The position numbers and the translations under genes are program-made. DNA of 44,330 nucleotides from Sandaracinaceae bacterium (GTDB lineage Bacteria > Myxococcota_A > Polyangia > Polyangiales > Sandaracinaceae): the NCBI GenBank assembly GCA_044220955.1, contig JBGAQA010000009.1, positions 39,578-83,907 on the forward strand, read 5' to 3'. The notes under the pieces were generated by a model. It worked only from the letters and a program-made list of their open reading frames with translations, did no database searches and was not told the DNA's origin. This document shows positions 25,818-37,896 of the stretch, piece after piece. Numbering within the stretch: the first letter of the stretch is position 1; every line of letters begins with the position of its first letter.

Positions 25818-27515
25818 TCAGTCCGTGGCGACCCCGAGGTCGTAGGCTTCGAGGTGGCCCGGTCCGTCGCCGGGCGCGCAGGAGCTCACCCAGACGCGCT
25901 CGCCGACGACGAGCGGCCGGACGTAGCGCTGCCCGGGGCCATCGAGCTCGGCCCTGCCGAGGACCGCGCCGTCCCGCACGCGGATGGCGTAGAGGCGGCC
26001 CGCGCCCGCCGCGTCACCGACGTCGACCACGAGCGCCATGCTCTCGCCGCGCAGCGTCGTCGGGGCGATGCGCGAGGGATGGCGCCGGAATCGGAGAGTC
26101 GCCTCGAGGTCCGAGGGAGCGCGCCACACGCGCTCGAGGTGGGGCACGCCGCCCTGCATCGCGACGCGCACCGCGACGACGCCGGCGGGATGCGTGCGGT
26201 CGAACTCGAAGGTCGGGACCAAGATCAGCGGAGCGCCGTCGAGCGTCGTGACGAGCGGCTCGGTGACGATCATCCCCGCCCACTCTGCCGTGCACGTGTC
26301 GCCGGGAGCGCCGCAGACGTCGGCGATCTGGAGGCGATCGTAGAGCGTGCCGAAGTGATCGGCGTCGAATGCGTAGAGCGCGCCGTCCTTGCCGGCCGCG
26401 ACCACGAGCTGCGGACCGCCCGGGACGTCGACGGCGACGGGCGTGCTCGCGCCGAAGTCCCAGTCGATCGCGGCCCAGCACTCGAGCGTCGTCGTCCCTT
26501 CGCAGCGACCGGACGCGGGGCGCAGCGGAGGATCCTCGGGCTCGTCGCGCGGCACGAAGAGATCCTCGCAGCTCTCGATGCACGCGCGCGCTGGCGCGGT
26601 GGGGTCCCAGCTCGCGCAGCTCGGGTCGCTGCATCCGTGCGCGAAGCCCAGGCCGCGGCCCGTCCGGAGCACGCCGTTGGCGAACTGCGCGCGCGTCGGG
26701 TCGAGCATGCCGTTGCCCGTCGGGACGAGCAGCTCGTAGCCGGTGCGGGTCGTGCGCAGGCCGGGCCCCGCGGGAGCCCACACGCCGCCGCCGCAGATCA
26801 TCGACTCCGAGCCGGTCACACCCTCGGGCCCGCACGCGTCCTCGGCGGTGGTGAGCAGGAGCGACGAGATCGCGGCGCCCCCTCCGCTCTGGTGCCACGC
26901 GTCGAGATCGAGCTCGAACACCCAGCCATGCCAGGGCTGGATGTCCCGGACGTTGCCGTACGCGACGTACACGAGGCCGCGGGCACGGTCGGCCACGTCG
27001 ACGTGGACGAGCGCGGCGCGCGAGAACGAGTGCGCCGGCAGGAAGTCGACGGTCCCCGTCCCGTCCCACGTCGGTCGGGATCCGGCGGGCGTGACCTCGG
27101 GGAACTCCGGATCGAGCGCGCGCGCCTCGAGGTCGATCACGACGATGCGATGAGCGTCGCGATCGAGCGAGCCGGGTAGGACGTGCTGGTAGGCCACCAC
27201 GAGGTGGCCCGCGTCGAAGAGCACCGGCGTCGCCGTCACGTTCGCGACGCGCCCTGCCGGCACCGGGAGCGCCACCGACCACGCGAGCCCACCGGTGGTC
27301 GGGTCGAACGCGCGGACGACGCCGTCCATGGCCGCCGAGAGCACGAAGTCCTCGCCTCTCGAGCGCACCGAGAGCGGCGAGGCGCCGGTGCAGCCGACGT
27401 CGGGCGTCCGGACCGCGCGCGTCAGGGTGAGGGAGCCGATCGGCGCCGGCGCCGGCGCACAGCCGAGCAGCGACACGAGGGCGACGAGCCCGAGGTGGGA
27501 AGGTTGACCTGGCAA
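25818..27515 (-). CDS. PQQ-like beta-propeller lipoprotein with Cys-rich insert
   Basis: Lipobox LLG|C; DG.VRAFD..TG..AW, HGWVF, GGGVW, TGNG, DWDFGASTP, AGKDGALY. TTG start uncertain. Confidence 0.72.
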   Translation of the reverse strand: MPGQPSHLGLVALVSLLGCAPAPAPIGSLTLTRAVRTPDVGCTGASPLSVRSRGEDFVLSAAMDGVVRAFDPTTGGLAWSVALPVPAGRVANVTATPVLFDAGHLVVAYQHVLPGSLDRDAHRIVVIDLEARALDPEFPEVTPAGSRPTWDGTGTVDFLPAHSFSRAALVHVDVADRARGLVYVAYGNVRDIQPWHGWVFELDLDAWHQSGGGAAISSLLLTTAEDACGPEGVTGSESMICGGGVWAPAGPGLRTTRTGYELLVPTGNGMLDPTRAQFANGVLRTGRGLGFAHGCSDPSCASWDPTAPARACIESCEDLFVPRDEPEDPPLRPASGRCEGTTTLECWAAIDWDFGASTPVAVDVPGGPQLVVAAGKDGALYAFDADHFGTLYDRLQIADVCGAPGDTCTAEWAGMIVTEPLVTTLDGAPLILVPTFEFDRTHPAGVVAVRVAMQGGVPHLERVWRAPSDLEATLRFRRHPSRIAPTTLRGESMALVVDVGDAAGAGRLYAIRVRDGAVLGRAELDGPGQRYVRPLVVGERVWVSSCAPGDGPGHLEAYDLGVATD

Positions 27516-27531
27516 GGGGTGTGCTTAGCTT
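27504..27531 (+). promoter_or_regulatory. Possible sigma70-type promoter of clpB
   Basis: TTGACC-N16-TAGCTT; SD AGGAG before ATG 27586. Confidence 0.4.
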
Positions 27532-27585
27532 GCCTCAGCCGTCGGCGACGCGGGAAACGCGACGCCAGGGCAGGAGATCTCACTC

Positions 27586-30207
<2,622 letters not shown>

Positions 30208-30253
30208 GCGGCGTCGGCCGGCCTCTCGGTGCCGCCGGAGTCCCCGGCGCGAC

Positions 30254-31900
30254 TCATCCTCGCGGGAGCGGGATCCCGTCCCAGAAGGCGCAGGTGTCGG
30301 CGTAGTCGTCGGTGCCTGTCGTGATCGCGCGGTCGAGGACGACGCGCGCGCCCGTCGCGTCGTACGCAGGCCACGACGGAAGGGTGCCGCTGGCGTTCGG
30401 GTCGCCGTGCTGCGCGGCGAAGCGCGTCCAGTAGCCGCTCATCGCCGCGTTCAGCGCCAGCTCGTCTGCGTCGAACGCGGGGCCCATCGAGTGTCCGAAG
30501 ACGAACTGGACCTCCGCGCTGTGGAAGGCGCCGAGCGGGAACGACGCGCCGAGGAGGAAGTCGGCGTCCGGATAGGCGAAGAGATACGCGTGCACGATGT
30601 TGCCCGCGGTGCGGAGCGCGACCACCGCCGCGCGCGCCGGACAGATCAGGCCCGCATCGCCCATCGCCCTCGCGGCCGCGGCGCGCGCATCGCCCCCGAA
30701 CGCAGAAGACGGGTAGCGCGCGATCACGGCGTCGGCGTTCGCGTCGCCGACGAGAGCGGCCACGCGAGCGCGGTAGTTCAGGTCGGTGATCGGCGGCTCG
30801 CCGTTCATCTCGCCGAGCGCCAGGAAGAGCGTGCCTTCGTCTCGGTTCCATCCAGCGAGGATGGGCACGTCCGCGGCGTCGCCCGCCTCCATCGACGTGA
30901 TCCAGTCGGTGGTGAACGCGTGGCCGTCGATGGTGGGGCCCCAGCTCGCGTACATCGGGTCGGTCGAGAAGATCGCGGGCGCGCTGCCGAGGGTGGCCAC
31001 GATCGTCGCGCTGCTGGCGGCGCGCATGCACGCCGGGACGTCGCCGGTCGTGCAGCCCAGCAGTGTGGCGAAGCGCACGCCCTGCGCCTCCGCCTCGGCG
31101 CTCGTCTGCATCGGGGAGCCGCAGGGGCCGCTCTCCATGATCGCCTGCGCGAAGAGGCCGGCGCTCAGAGGCGAGACGAGGTGGCCGCAGACGCTCATGC
31201 CGCCGGCGGACTCGCCGAAGATCGTCACGTTGGTCGGATCGCCGCCGAACGCCGCGATGTTGTCGTGGACCCAGCGGAGCGCCGCGACCTGATCGAGGAA
31301 GCCGTAGTTGCCCGACGCGTGGTCGGTGCTCTCGGCCGCGAGCGCGGGGTGCGCGAGGAAGCCGAGCTGCCCGAGCCGGTAGTTCATGCTGACCACGATC
31401 ACGCCGTGATCGCGGGCGAGCAGATCGCCGTAGGTGCCGCCGTCGGCCTGGATTCCCTCGCCGAGCACGAACGCGCCGCCGTGGAACCACACCATCACGG
31501 GCGCGCCCGTCGGCGCCGGATCGGGCACGTGCACGTTGACGTACAGACAGTCCTCGTCGCCGTAGGGCACCGTCTGGAGGTTCTGCGGACAGGCGTGGGG
31601 CCGCCGCGTGGCCCGGAGCGGCGTCGTCCAGGGCGAAGGGGGTGCGGGCGGACGGAATCGGCGATCGCCGACCGGCGGCGCGGCGTAGGGGATGCCGAGG
31701 TAGTTCACGTACCCGGTGCCGTGCGAGCCGATGACGGTGCCGTCGCCGATCGTCACCATCGCCGCGGGCGCGGACCACGCGTCGGCGGGCGCGCTGGCGT
31801 CGTCGCGGGTACTTCCCGAGTCGGGCATCGAGGCGGACGGGGACGAGCACGCGGCGAGCGCGCCGAGCACGAGGACACGAAGCGAGGCGAGCCGGTGCAT
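30254..31900 (-). CDS. Type B carboxylesterase/lipase family lipoprotein
   Basis: GIPYAAPP, EDCLY, FHGG, NYRLG, GESAG nucleophile elbow, downstream Glu and His; lipobox LAA|C. Confidence 0.92.
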   Translation of the reverse strand: MHRLASLRVLVLGALAACSSPSASMPDSGSTRDDASAPADAWSAPAAMVTIGDGTVIGSHGTGYVNYLGIPYAAPPVGDRRFRPPAPPSPWTTPLRATRRPHACPQNLQTVPYGDEDCLYVNVHVPDPAPTGAPVMVWFHGGAFVLGEGIQADGGTYGDLLARDHGVIVVSMNYRLGQLGFLAHPALAAESTDHASGNYGFLDQVAALRWVHDNIAAFGGDPTNVTIFGESAGGMSVCGHLVSPLSAGLFAQAIMESGPCGSPMQTSAEAEAQGVRFATLLGCTTGDVPACMRAASSATIVATLGSAPAIFSTDPMYASWGPTIDGHAFTTDWITSMEAGDAADVPILAGWNRDEGTLFLALGEMNGEPPITDLNYRARVAALVGDANADAVIARYPSSAFGGDARAAAARAMGDAGLICPARAAVVALRTAGNIVHAYLFAYPDADFLLGASFPLGAFHSAEVQFVFGHSMGPAFDADELALNAAMSGYWTRFAAQHGDPNASGTLPSWPAYDATGARVVLDRAITTGTDDYADTCAFWDGIPLPRG

Positions 31901-31955
31901 GAAGACCTCCGAAGCGGACCCTGATCGTAGCCGACCCGGGGCGCGCTGAGCGCGC

Positions 31956-33362
31956 TCACCGAGCGCCCGAGAGCTCCGGGATCATCACGTGCGCGATCCC
32001 GAGGTAGAGCGCGAGGCCCGAGGCGTCGACGAGGGTCGTGATCATCGGTGCCGAGACGACGGTCGGGTCGATCTTGAGGCGCTGCGCGAGGATCGGGATC
32101 AGGGCGCCCACGAGGTTGGCCCACGTGCAGACGACGAGGATCGTCACGGCGACGCACGCTGCGAGGTGCGTGTCGACGCCCCACATCTGCGCCCGGAAGA
32201 ACGCGACCGTCCCGAGCAAGAGGCCGAGCAAGAGGCCCGTCGCGACCTCTTTCCCCACGACCCGCAGCGCGTCGGTCACGCGCACCTCGCCGAGCGCGAG
32301 CGCGCGGATGATCGTGGACACGGTCTGCGAGCCCGCGTTGCCGCCCGTGCCGATGAGCAGCGGGATGAAGAACGAGAGCGCGACGACGCGCGCGAGCTCG
32401 TCCTCGAACGCCCGGAGCACGGTGCCCGTCGCCGTCTCCGCCACGAAGAGCAGCACGAGCCAGGTCACTCGGCTGCGCACGACGCGCAGGATCGACGTCT
32501 GGAAATAGGGGATCGCCGCGGTCACCTTCGACGCGACGGCGCCCTGGTTCAGGATGTCGGCGGACACCTTGTCGAGCGCCGTGTCGAGCAGGTCGTCGAC
32601 GCGGATCGCGCCGAGTAGCTTCCCCTCCGGGTCGACGATGGGCAGGGAGAGGAAGTTGTGCGCGCGCATGATCTCGGCGGCCGCTGCGATGCCGTCCGTC
32701 TCCTTCACGCTGACGACGTCCCGGGCCATGACGTCGGCCACCTTCGCCTCGCGCGCGGCGACCGCGAGAACGCGCAGCGCCGCGACGCCGACGAGCCTTC
32801 GCTCGGCGTCGAGCACGTAGCAGTTCGAGGCGACCTCGATCGTCCCCGCGTTCTTCTCGAGCTCGGCGAGCGCCTCGGCGACCGTCGCCTCGCGCGGGCA
32901 ATTCCACGTCGCGACGCAGAGGAGCCTGCCCACCGTCCCCGCGGCCAGCGAGAGCCTGTGGGTCAGGCGCGCCTTGCGCCCCTCGTCGAAGTGCGACTCG
33001 AGCCGCGCCCGGTCGCCGGGCTCGAGCTGCGCCACGATCGCCGTGCGCCGCTCGGTCGTGAGGTACGAGAGAACCGTCTCGGCTCGCTCTGGCGCCATCG
33101 CGGCGATGATTCGCGCCGCGACGCCCGCATGGGTCGCCCGCAGCACGAGCGCCGCGTCACGGTCGGCCGAGGCCTCGATGATCCGCCGCCCCGTGTCCAC
33201 GGTGCGGCGCGAGAGGTCACGCCCGACGTCCGCCGGCCGGAGCTTCGCGAGCGCCTCCTTGAGGGCCGGCTCGTCCTTCTTCAGGGCGCGGTCGAGCGAG
33301 GACAGGTCCGCCACGACGAGGGCGGTCTTCGGGGCGTCGTCTCCGGCAGGGCCTGCGGACAT
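31956..33362 (-). CDS. mgtE: Magnesium transporter MgtE
   Basis: N domain, CBS pair, TM domain with GGNAGSQ and PMITTLVD; start MSAGP at 33362. Confidence 0.92.
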   Translation of the reverse strand: MSAGPAGDDAPKTALVVADLSSLDRALKKDEPALKEALAKLRPADVGRDLSRRTVDTGRRIIEASADRDAALVLRATHAGVAARIIAAMAPERAETVLSYLTTERRTAIVAQLEPGDRARLESHFDEGRKARLTHRLSLAAGTVGRLLCVATWNCPREATVAEALAELEKNAGTIEVASNCYVLDAERRLVGVAALRVLAVAAREAKVADVMARDVVSVKETDGIAAAAEIMRAHNFLSLPIVDPEGKLLGAIRVDDLLDTALDKVSADILNQGAVASKVTAAIPYFQTSILRVVRSRVTWLVLLFVAETATGTVLRAFEDELARVVALSFFIPLLIGTGGNAGSQTVSTIIRALALGEVRVTDALRVVGKEVATGLLLGLLLGTVAFFRAQMWGVDTHLAACVAVTILVVCTWANLVGALIPILAQRLKIDPTVVSAPMITTLVDASGLALYLGIAHVMIPELSGAR

Positions 33363-33419
33363 GCGCGGCAGTATCGCCCGGCTGGCGCGCGCCCGGCGGG
33401 GCACGCGACGTCCCGGCCC

Positions 33420-33440
33420 TCGCCCCGATTCGCCCCGATT
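33420..33440. promoter_or_regulatory. Tandem 10-bp direct repeat in the divergent mgtE/RND intergenic region
   Basis: TCGCCCCGAT TCGCCCCGAT T; function inferred only. Confidence 0.4.
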
Positions 33441-33498
33441 TCTGGCGGTATCCTTGCCTCGTACGCAACGATCGGTCATTCCCCGCCGAACAAGGTCC

Positions 33499-34620
33499 AT
33501 GCGCTCCCCGCCCCCCGCGCTCTTGGCGCTCGCCCTCGCTTCGATCGCCGGCTGCGGTCACGAGGCCGAGCCCGCGGCTGCGGCCGAGGAGCGCGCCGCG
33601 CCGGCGATGACGCGCGAGCACGGACACATCGTGATCCCCGAGGGCTCCCCGCTGCGCGAGCGCCTGACGGTCGAGGCGCTCGAGGCGCGGCCGGTGCGGC
33701 GGGCGCTCGAGGCTCCTGCGCACGTCGAGGCCGATCCCGCGCGCGTCGCGCGCATCACGCCGCCGCTCCCGGGCCGCGTCGTGTCGCTCGCGGTCCACTT
33801 CGGCCAGGAGGTCGTGGCCGGCGAGACGCTGCTCACGATCGACTCGCCCGACCTCGCGGCCGCCCAGAGCGACTTCCTCGACGCGCAGGCGGGGCTCGCA
33901 CAGGCGGAGCGCAACCTCGCGCGCCAGCAGGATCTGAACACGCACGGCATCGCGGCCCACGCGGACCTCGAGAACGCCCAGACGCAGCGCGAGATCGCGG
34001 CCGCCGAGCTCGATCGCGCGACGAGCCGCCTGCGCCTGCTCGGCGTCCGCGGCGGCGCCGTCGGAAGGCCTCTCACGGTGCGGGCGCCGATCTCGGGGCG
34101 CGTCGTCGAGCTGCACGTGAGCGTGGGGGAGTTCCACTCGGACCTCGCCGAGCCGCTGATGACCATCGCCGACCTCTCGACCGTTTGGGTGACTGCGGAC
34201 GTGCAGGAGCGCGACCTCTCGCGCGTGTCGCTCGGGATGCAGGTGAGCGCGGAGCTGGTGGCCTACCCGGACACGCCCGTCCCGGGGCAGGTGCTCTACA
34301 TCGGCGACCTGCTCGACCCGGAGACGCGCACGCTTCCGGTGCGCATCGCCTTCGAGAACGCCGACCTGCGCCTGCACCCCGGCATGTTCGCGCGCGTGAC
34401 CTTCGAGGAGACTGCGCGCCCGGAGATCATCGTCCCGCAGACGGCGGTCGTGCTGCGCGGCGATCACAACGTCGTCTTCGTCGAGCTCGCGAACGCGCCC
34501 TGGTCGTTCGAGGAGCGCGAGGTGACCCTCGGACCGCCCGTCGGTGACGAGCTCGTCGTCACGCAGCACCTCGATCCCGGCGATCGCGTGGTCGTGCAGA
34601 ACGCCGTGTTGCTCCAGTAG
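33499..34620 (+). CDS. RND periplasmic adaptor (CzcB/CusB-like), lipoprotein
   Basis: Lipobox IAG|C; RAPISGRV, IADLSTVWV, LDPETRT, LHPGMFA; ATG 33499. Confidence 0.9.
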   Translation: MRSPPPALLALALASIAGCGHEAEPAAAAEERAAPAMTREHGHIVIPEGSPLRERLTVEALEARPVRRALEAPAHVEADPARVARITPPLPGRVVSLAVHFGQEVVAGETLLTIDSPDLAAAQSDFLDAQAGLAQAERNLARQQDLNTHGIAAHADLENAQTQREIAAAELDRATSRLRLLGVRGGAVGRPLTVRAPISGRVVELHVSVGEFHSDLAEPLMTIADLSTVWVTADVQERDLSRVSLGMQVSAELVAYPDTPVPGQVLYIGDLLDPETRTLPVRIAFENADLRLHPGMFARVTFEETARPEIIVPQTAVVLRGDHNVVFVELANAPWSFEEREVTLGPPVGDELVVTQHLDPGDRVVVQNAVLLQ

Positions 34621-34641
34621 AGACCGCTTGAGCGACCCTCC

Positions 34642-37600
34642 ATGATCGAGAGCTTCGTCCGCGTCGCGATCATCAAGCGCTGGCTCGCGGTCGCGCTCTT
34701 CTGCCTGCTCGGCGTGTTCGGCTACATGAGCTGGCTCGAGCTCTCGATCGAGGCCTATCCCGACATCGCGGACACCACGGCGCAGGTCATCACGCAGTGG
34801 CCGGGGCACGCCGCCGAGGAGATCGAGCAGCAGGTCACCATCCCGCTCGAGCGGACGCTGAACGGCACGCCGGGCCTCGAGGTGATGCGCTCGCGCAGCA
34901 CCTTCGGCCTCTCGATCGTCACGCTCGTCTTCCAGGACGGCATCGACGACTACTTCGCCCGCCAACGCATCACGGAGCGCGTCGCGCAGGTCGACATGCC
35001 CGAGGGCGCCCAGGTCGAGCTCGATCCGCTCACCTCGCCCATCGGCGAGATCTTCCGCTACACGCTCGTGAGCGAGACGCGCGACGAGCGAGAGCTGCGC
35101 GAGCTGCAGCGCTGGATCGTGGTGCCGACGCTCCGCTCGATCCCGGGCATCGCCGACGTCACGAACTTCGGCGGCGAGACGCTCCAGTACCAGCTGATCC
35201 TCCGGCCCGATCGGCTCGTGCAGTACGAGCTCTCGCTCGACGAGGTCATCGAGTCCATCCAGCACAACAGCGCCAACGCGGGCGGCTCGGTGATGGTGCG
35301 AGGCGATCAGGGCTTCGTCGTCCGCGGCATCGGTCTGGTGCGCAACCTCGAGGATCTCGGCAACATCGTCGTGAGCGAGCAGGAGGGCACGCCCGTCTTC
35401 GTGCGCAACCTCGGCGAGCTGCGCATGGGGGGCATGCCTCGCAACGGCATCCTCGGGATCCAGGCGGGCACGCCCCCGGTGGACGTGCCGGACGGCGTGA
35501 GCGGCATCGTGCTCTTGCTCCGCGGGCAGAACCCTTCGCGCGTGCTCGAGGCGGTCCACGCGCAGCTCGCCCTGCTGAACGGGACCGAGGGCCACGAGAG
35601 CCTCTTGCCCGACGACGTCGAGGTGGTCCCCTACCTCGACCGCACGACGCTCGTCGAGACGACTCTCCACACGGTCTCGCACACGATGATGGAGGGCATC
35701 GCGCTCGTCATCCTGGTGCTCGTTCTCTTCCTCGGCTCGCCGCGCAGCGCGCTGATCGTCGCCGTCGTCATCCCGCTCTCGCTTCTGATCGCCTTCATCG
35801 CGATGCGCATCACCGGGATCCCCGCGAACCTGCTCTCGCTCGGGGCGATCGACTTCGGGATCATCGTCGACGGGTCCATCGTCGTGATGGAGTCCTTGCT
35901 CGCGTGGCGCGAGCACAACCCCACCAAGGAGATGACCGAGGACGACGCGACGAGCGCCGCGAGCAGCGTGGCGCGTCCGGTCTTCTTCGCCAAGGTCATC
36001 GTCATCACGGCGTACCTGCCGCTCTTCGCGTTCCAGCGGGTCGAGCACAAGCTCTTCACGCCGATGGCGTGGACGGTCGGCTTCGCGCTCGCCGCGGCGC
36101 TCTTGCTCGGTCTCGCGCTCGTGCCCGGGCTCTCGCTCGTGGTCCTGCGCAAGCCGCGGCACCTCTGGCAGAACCCCCTGCTCGGGCTCGCCGAGCGGGG
36201 GTACCTCCGCGCGGTGAGGTTCCTGCTCGACCGCCCGATCTTCGCCATCATCCCCGGCATCGCCGCGGCCGTCGCGGCCGTCGCGCTCGGCGTCATGGTC
36301 GGCAAGGGGTTCCTGCCGGAGCTCGACGAGGGCTCCATCTGGCTCCAGGTGCAGCTGCCGCCCGGCCTCTCGCTGCGCTCGGCGAGCGAGATCGCGACCG
36401 AGATCCGCACCGTCGTGCGAGAGGAGCCGCAGGTCAGCTACATCGTCACGCAGCTCGGTCGTAACGACGACGGCACGGACCCCTGGACGCCCTCCCACAT
36501 CGAGAGCTCGATCGGGCTCACGCCGTACTCGAGCTGGCCCGAGGGGATGACGAAGCACGATCTGATCGATCGGCTCTCGGCGCGCCTCTCGCACATCCCC
36601 GGGATCACCTTCGGCTTCTCGCAGCCGATGATCGACGGCGTCAACGACAAGATCTCCGGCGCGCACTCCGATCTCGTGGTGAAGATCTTCGGCGACGACC
36701 TCACCGCCGCCCGCGAGGTCGCCCAGCACATGGTGGACGTGCTGCGCACCGTGCCCGGGGCGGTCGACGTGGCGATCGATCAGGAGCCGCCGCTGCCGCA
36801 GCTCCAGGTCGTGGTCGACCGCGAGGCGGCGGCTCGCTACGGCGTGAACGTGCAGGACGTCGCGCAGCTGATCGAGGTCGCGATCGGCGGCGCCGCCGTC
36901 GCACAGATCTACCATGGTGAGCGTCGCTACGACGTCGCGGTGCGCTTCCCCGAGGGCGTGCGCGACAGCCCGGAGGAGATCGGGGTGCTCACGCTCGAGA
37001 CGCCCTCGGGGGCGCGCGTGCCGCTCGCGCAGATCGCGCGCATCGAGACCTCGAGCGGGGAGAGCACGATCACGCGCGAGCGCGGGCGCCGGCACCTCAC
37101 GGTGAAGCTCAACCTGCGCGACCGCGATCTCTCGTCGTTCCTCGCCGACGCCCAGCAGCGTCTGCACGACGACGTCGACACCGGCGACTTCGAGATCGTC
37201 TGGGGCGGTCAGTTCGAGAACCAGCAGCGCGCGGCGCGTCGGCTCGGGCTCATCCTGCCCCTGGTCCTGGCGCTGATCTTCCTCCTGCTCTACGGCGCGT
37301 TCGGCAAGCTCCGGCACGCGGCGCTGATCCTGGTCGCGGTGCCGCTCGCCATGCTCGGCGGCATGATGGCGCTGATGATGCGCGACATGACGCTGAACGT
37401 GTCGTCGGCCGTCGGCTTCATCACGCTCTTCGGCGTTGCCGTCCAGAACGGCGTCATCATGGTCAGCAAGCTCGAGCAGCTCCGCACCGAGGGTGTGCCG
37501 CTCCGCGAGGCGGTCGAGCGCGGCGCGGCGGATCGTCTGCGCGCGGTGCTGCTGACCGCGACCGTCGCCGGGCTCGGCATGCTGCCTGCGGCGCTCGCGC

Positions 37601-37896
37601 ACGGGATCGGCTCGGACGTGCAGCGGCCGCTCGCGACGGTCGTCGTCGGCGGGCTCGTCTCGGCGACCGTGCTGACGCTCTTCGTCCTGCCTGCGCTCTA
37701 CTACGTCATCGAGCGCTGGATGGAGCGCCGACGCCGCCCTGGCACCGGGTTCGGCCCGATGTCGATGCTCCCGCCCGCGCCGCTCGCCGAGCTCGCGCGA
37801 CAGGCGCAGGGCGGGCGCGTCTCGCTCGAGCCCGATCCGAACGCGCCGAGCGAGCCGCCCGCGAGCGAGCCGCCCGGGGAGGAGCAGGACACATGA
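34642..37896 (+). CDS. CzcA/CusA-family heavy-metal RND permease
   Basis: EAYPD, SLGAIDFGIIVDG..VVME, FLPELDEG, GSDVQRPLATVVVGG; 1084 aa. Confidence 0.93.
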   Translation: MIESFVRVAIIKRWLAVALFCLLGVFGYMSWLELSIEAYPDIADTTAQVITQWPGHAAEEIEQQVTIPLERTLNGTPGLEVMRSRSTFGLSIVTLVFQDGIDDYFARQRITERVAQVDMPEGAQVELDPLTSPIGEIFRYTLVSETRDERELRELQRWIVVPTLRSIPGIADVTNFGGETLQYQLILRPDRLVQYELSLDEVIESIQHNSANAGGSVMVRGDQGFVVRGIGLVRNLEDLGNIVVSEQEGTPVFVRNLGELRMGGMPRNGILGIQAGTPPVDVPDGVSGIVLLLRGQNPSRVLEAVHAQLALLNGTEGHESLLPDDVEVVPYLDRTTLVETTLHTVSHTMMEGIALVILVLVLFLGSPRSALIVAVVIPLSLLIAFIAMRITGIPANLLSLGAIDFGIIVDGSIVVMESLLAWREHNPTKEMTEDDATSAASSVARPVFFAKVIVITAYLPLFAFQRVEHKLFTPMAWTVGFALAAALLLGLALVPGLSLVVLRKPRHLWQNPLLGLAERGYLRAVRFLLDRPIFAIIPGIAAAVAAVALGVMVGKGFLPELDEGSIWLQVQLPPGLSLRSASEIATEIRTVVREEPQVSYIVTQLGRNDDGTDPWTPSHIESSIGLTPYSSWPEGMTKHDLIDRLSARLSHIPGITFGFSQPMIDGVNDKISGAHSDLVVKIFGDDLTAAREVAQHMVDVLRTVPGAVDVAIDQEPPLPQLQVVVDREAAARYGVNVQDVAQLIEVAIGGAAVAQIYHGERRYDVAVRFPEGVRDSPEEIGVLTLETPSGARVPLAQIARIETSSGESTITRERGRRHLTVKLNLRDRDLSSFLADAQQRLHDDVDTGDFEIVWGGQFENQQRAARRLGLILPLVLALIFLLLYGAFGKLRHAALILVAVPLAMLGGMMALMMRDMTLNVSSAVGFITLFGVAVQNGVIMVSKLEQLRTEGVPLREAVERGAADRLRAVLLTATVAGLGMLPAALAHGIGSDVQRPLATVVVGGLVSATVLTLFVLPALYYVIERWMERRRRPGTGFGPMSMLPPAPLAELARQAQGGRVSLEPDPNAPSEPPASEPPGEEQDT

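Noticed and set aside
27516..27585. CIRCE or HAIR heat-shock operator before clpB
   Set aside because: Neither TTAGCACTC-N9-GAGTGCTAA nor CTTGAGT-N7-ACTCAAG is present.
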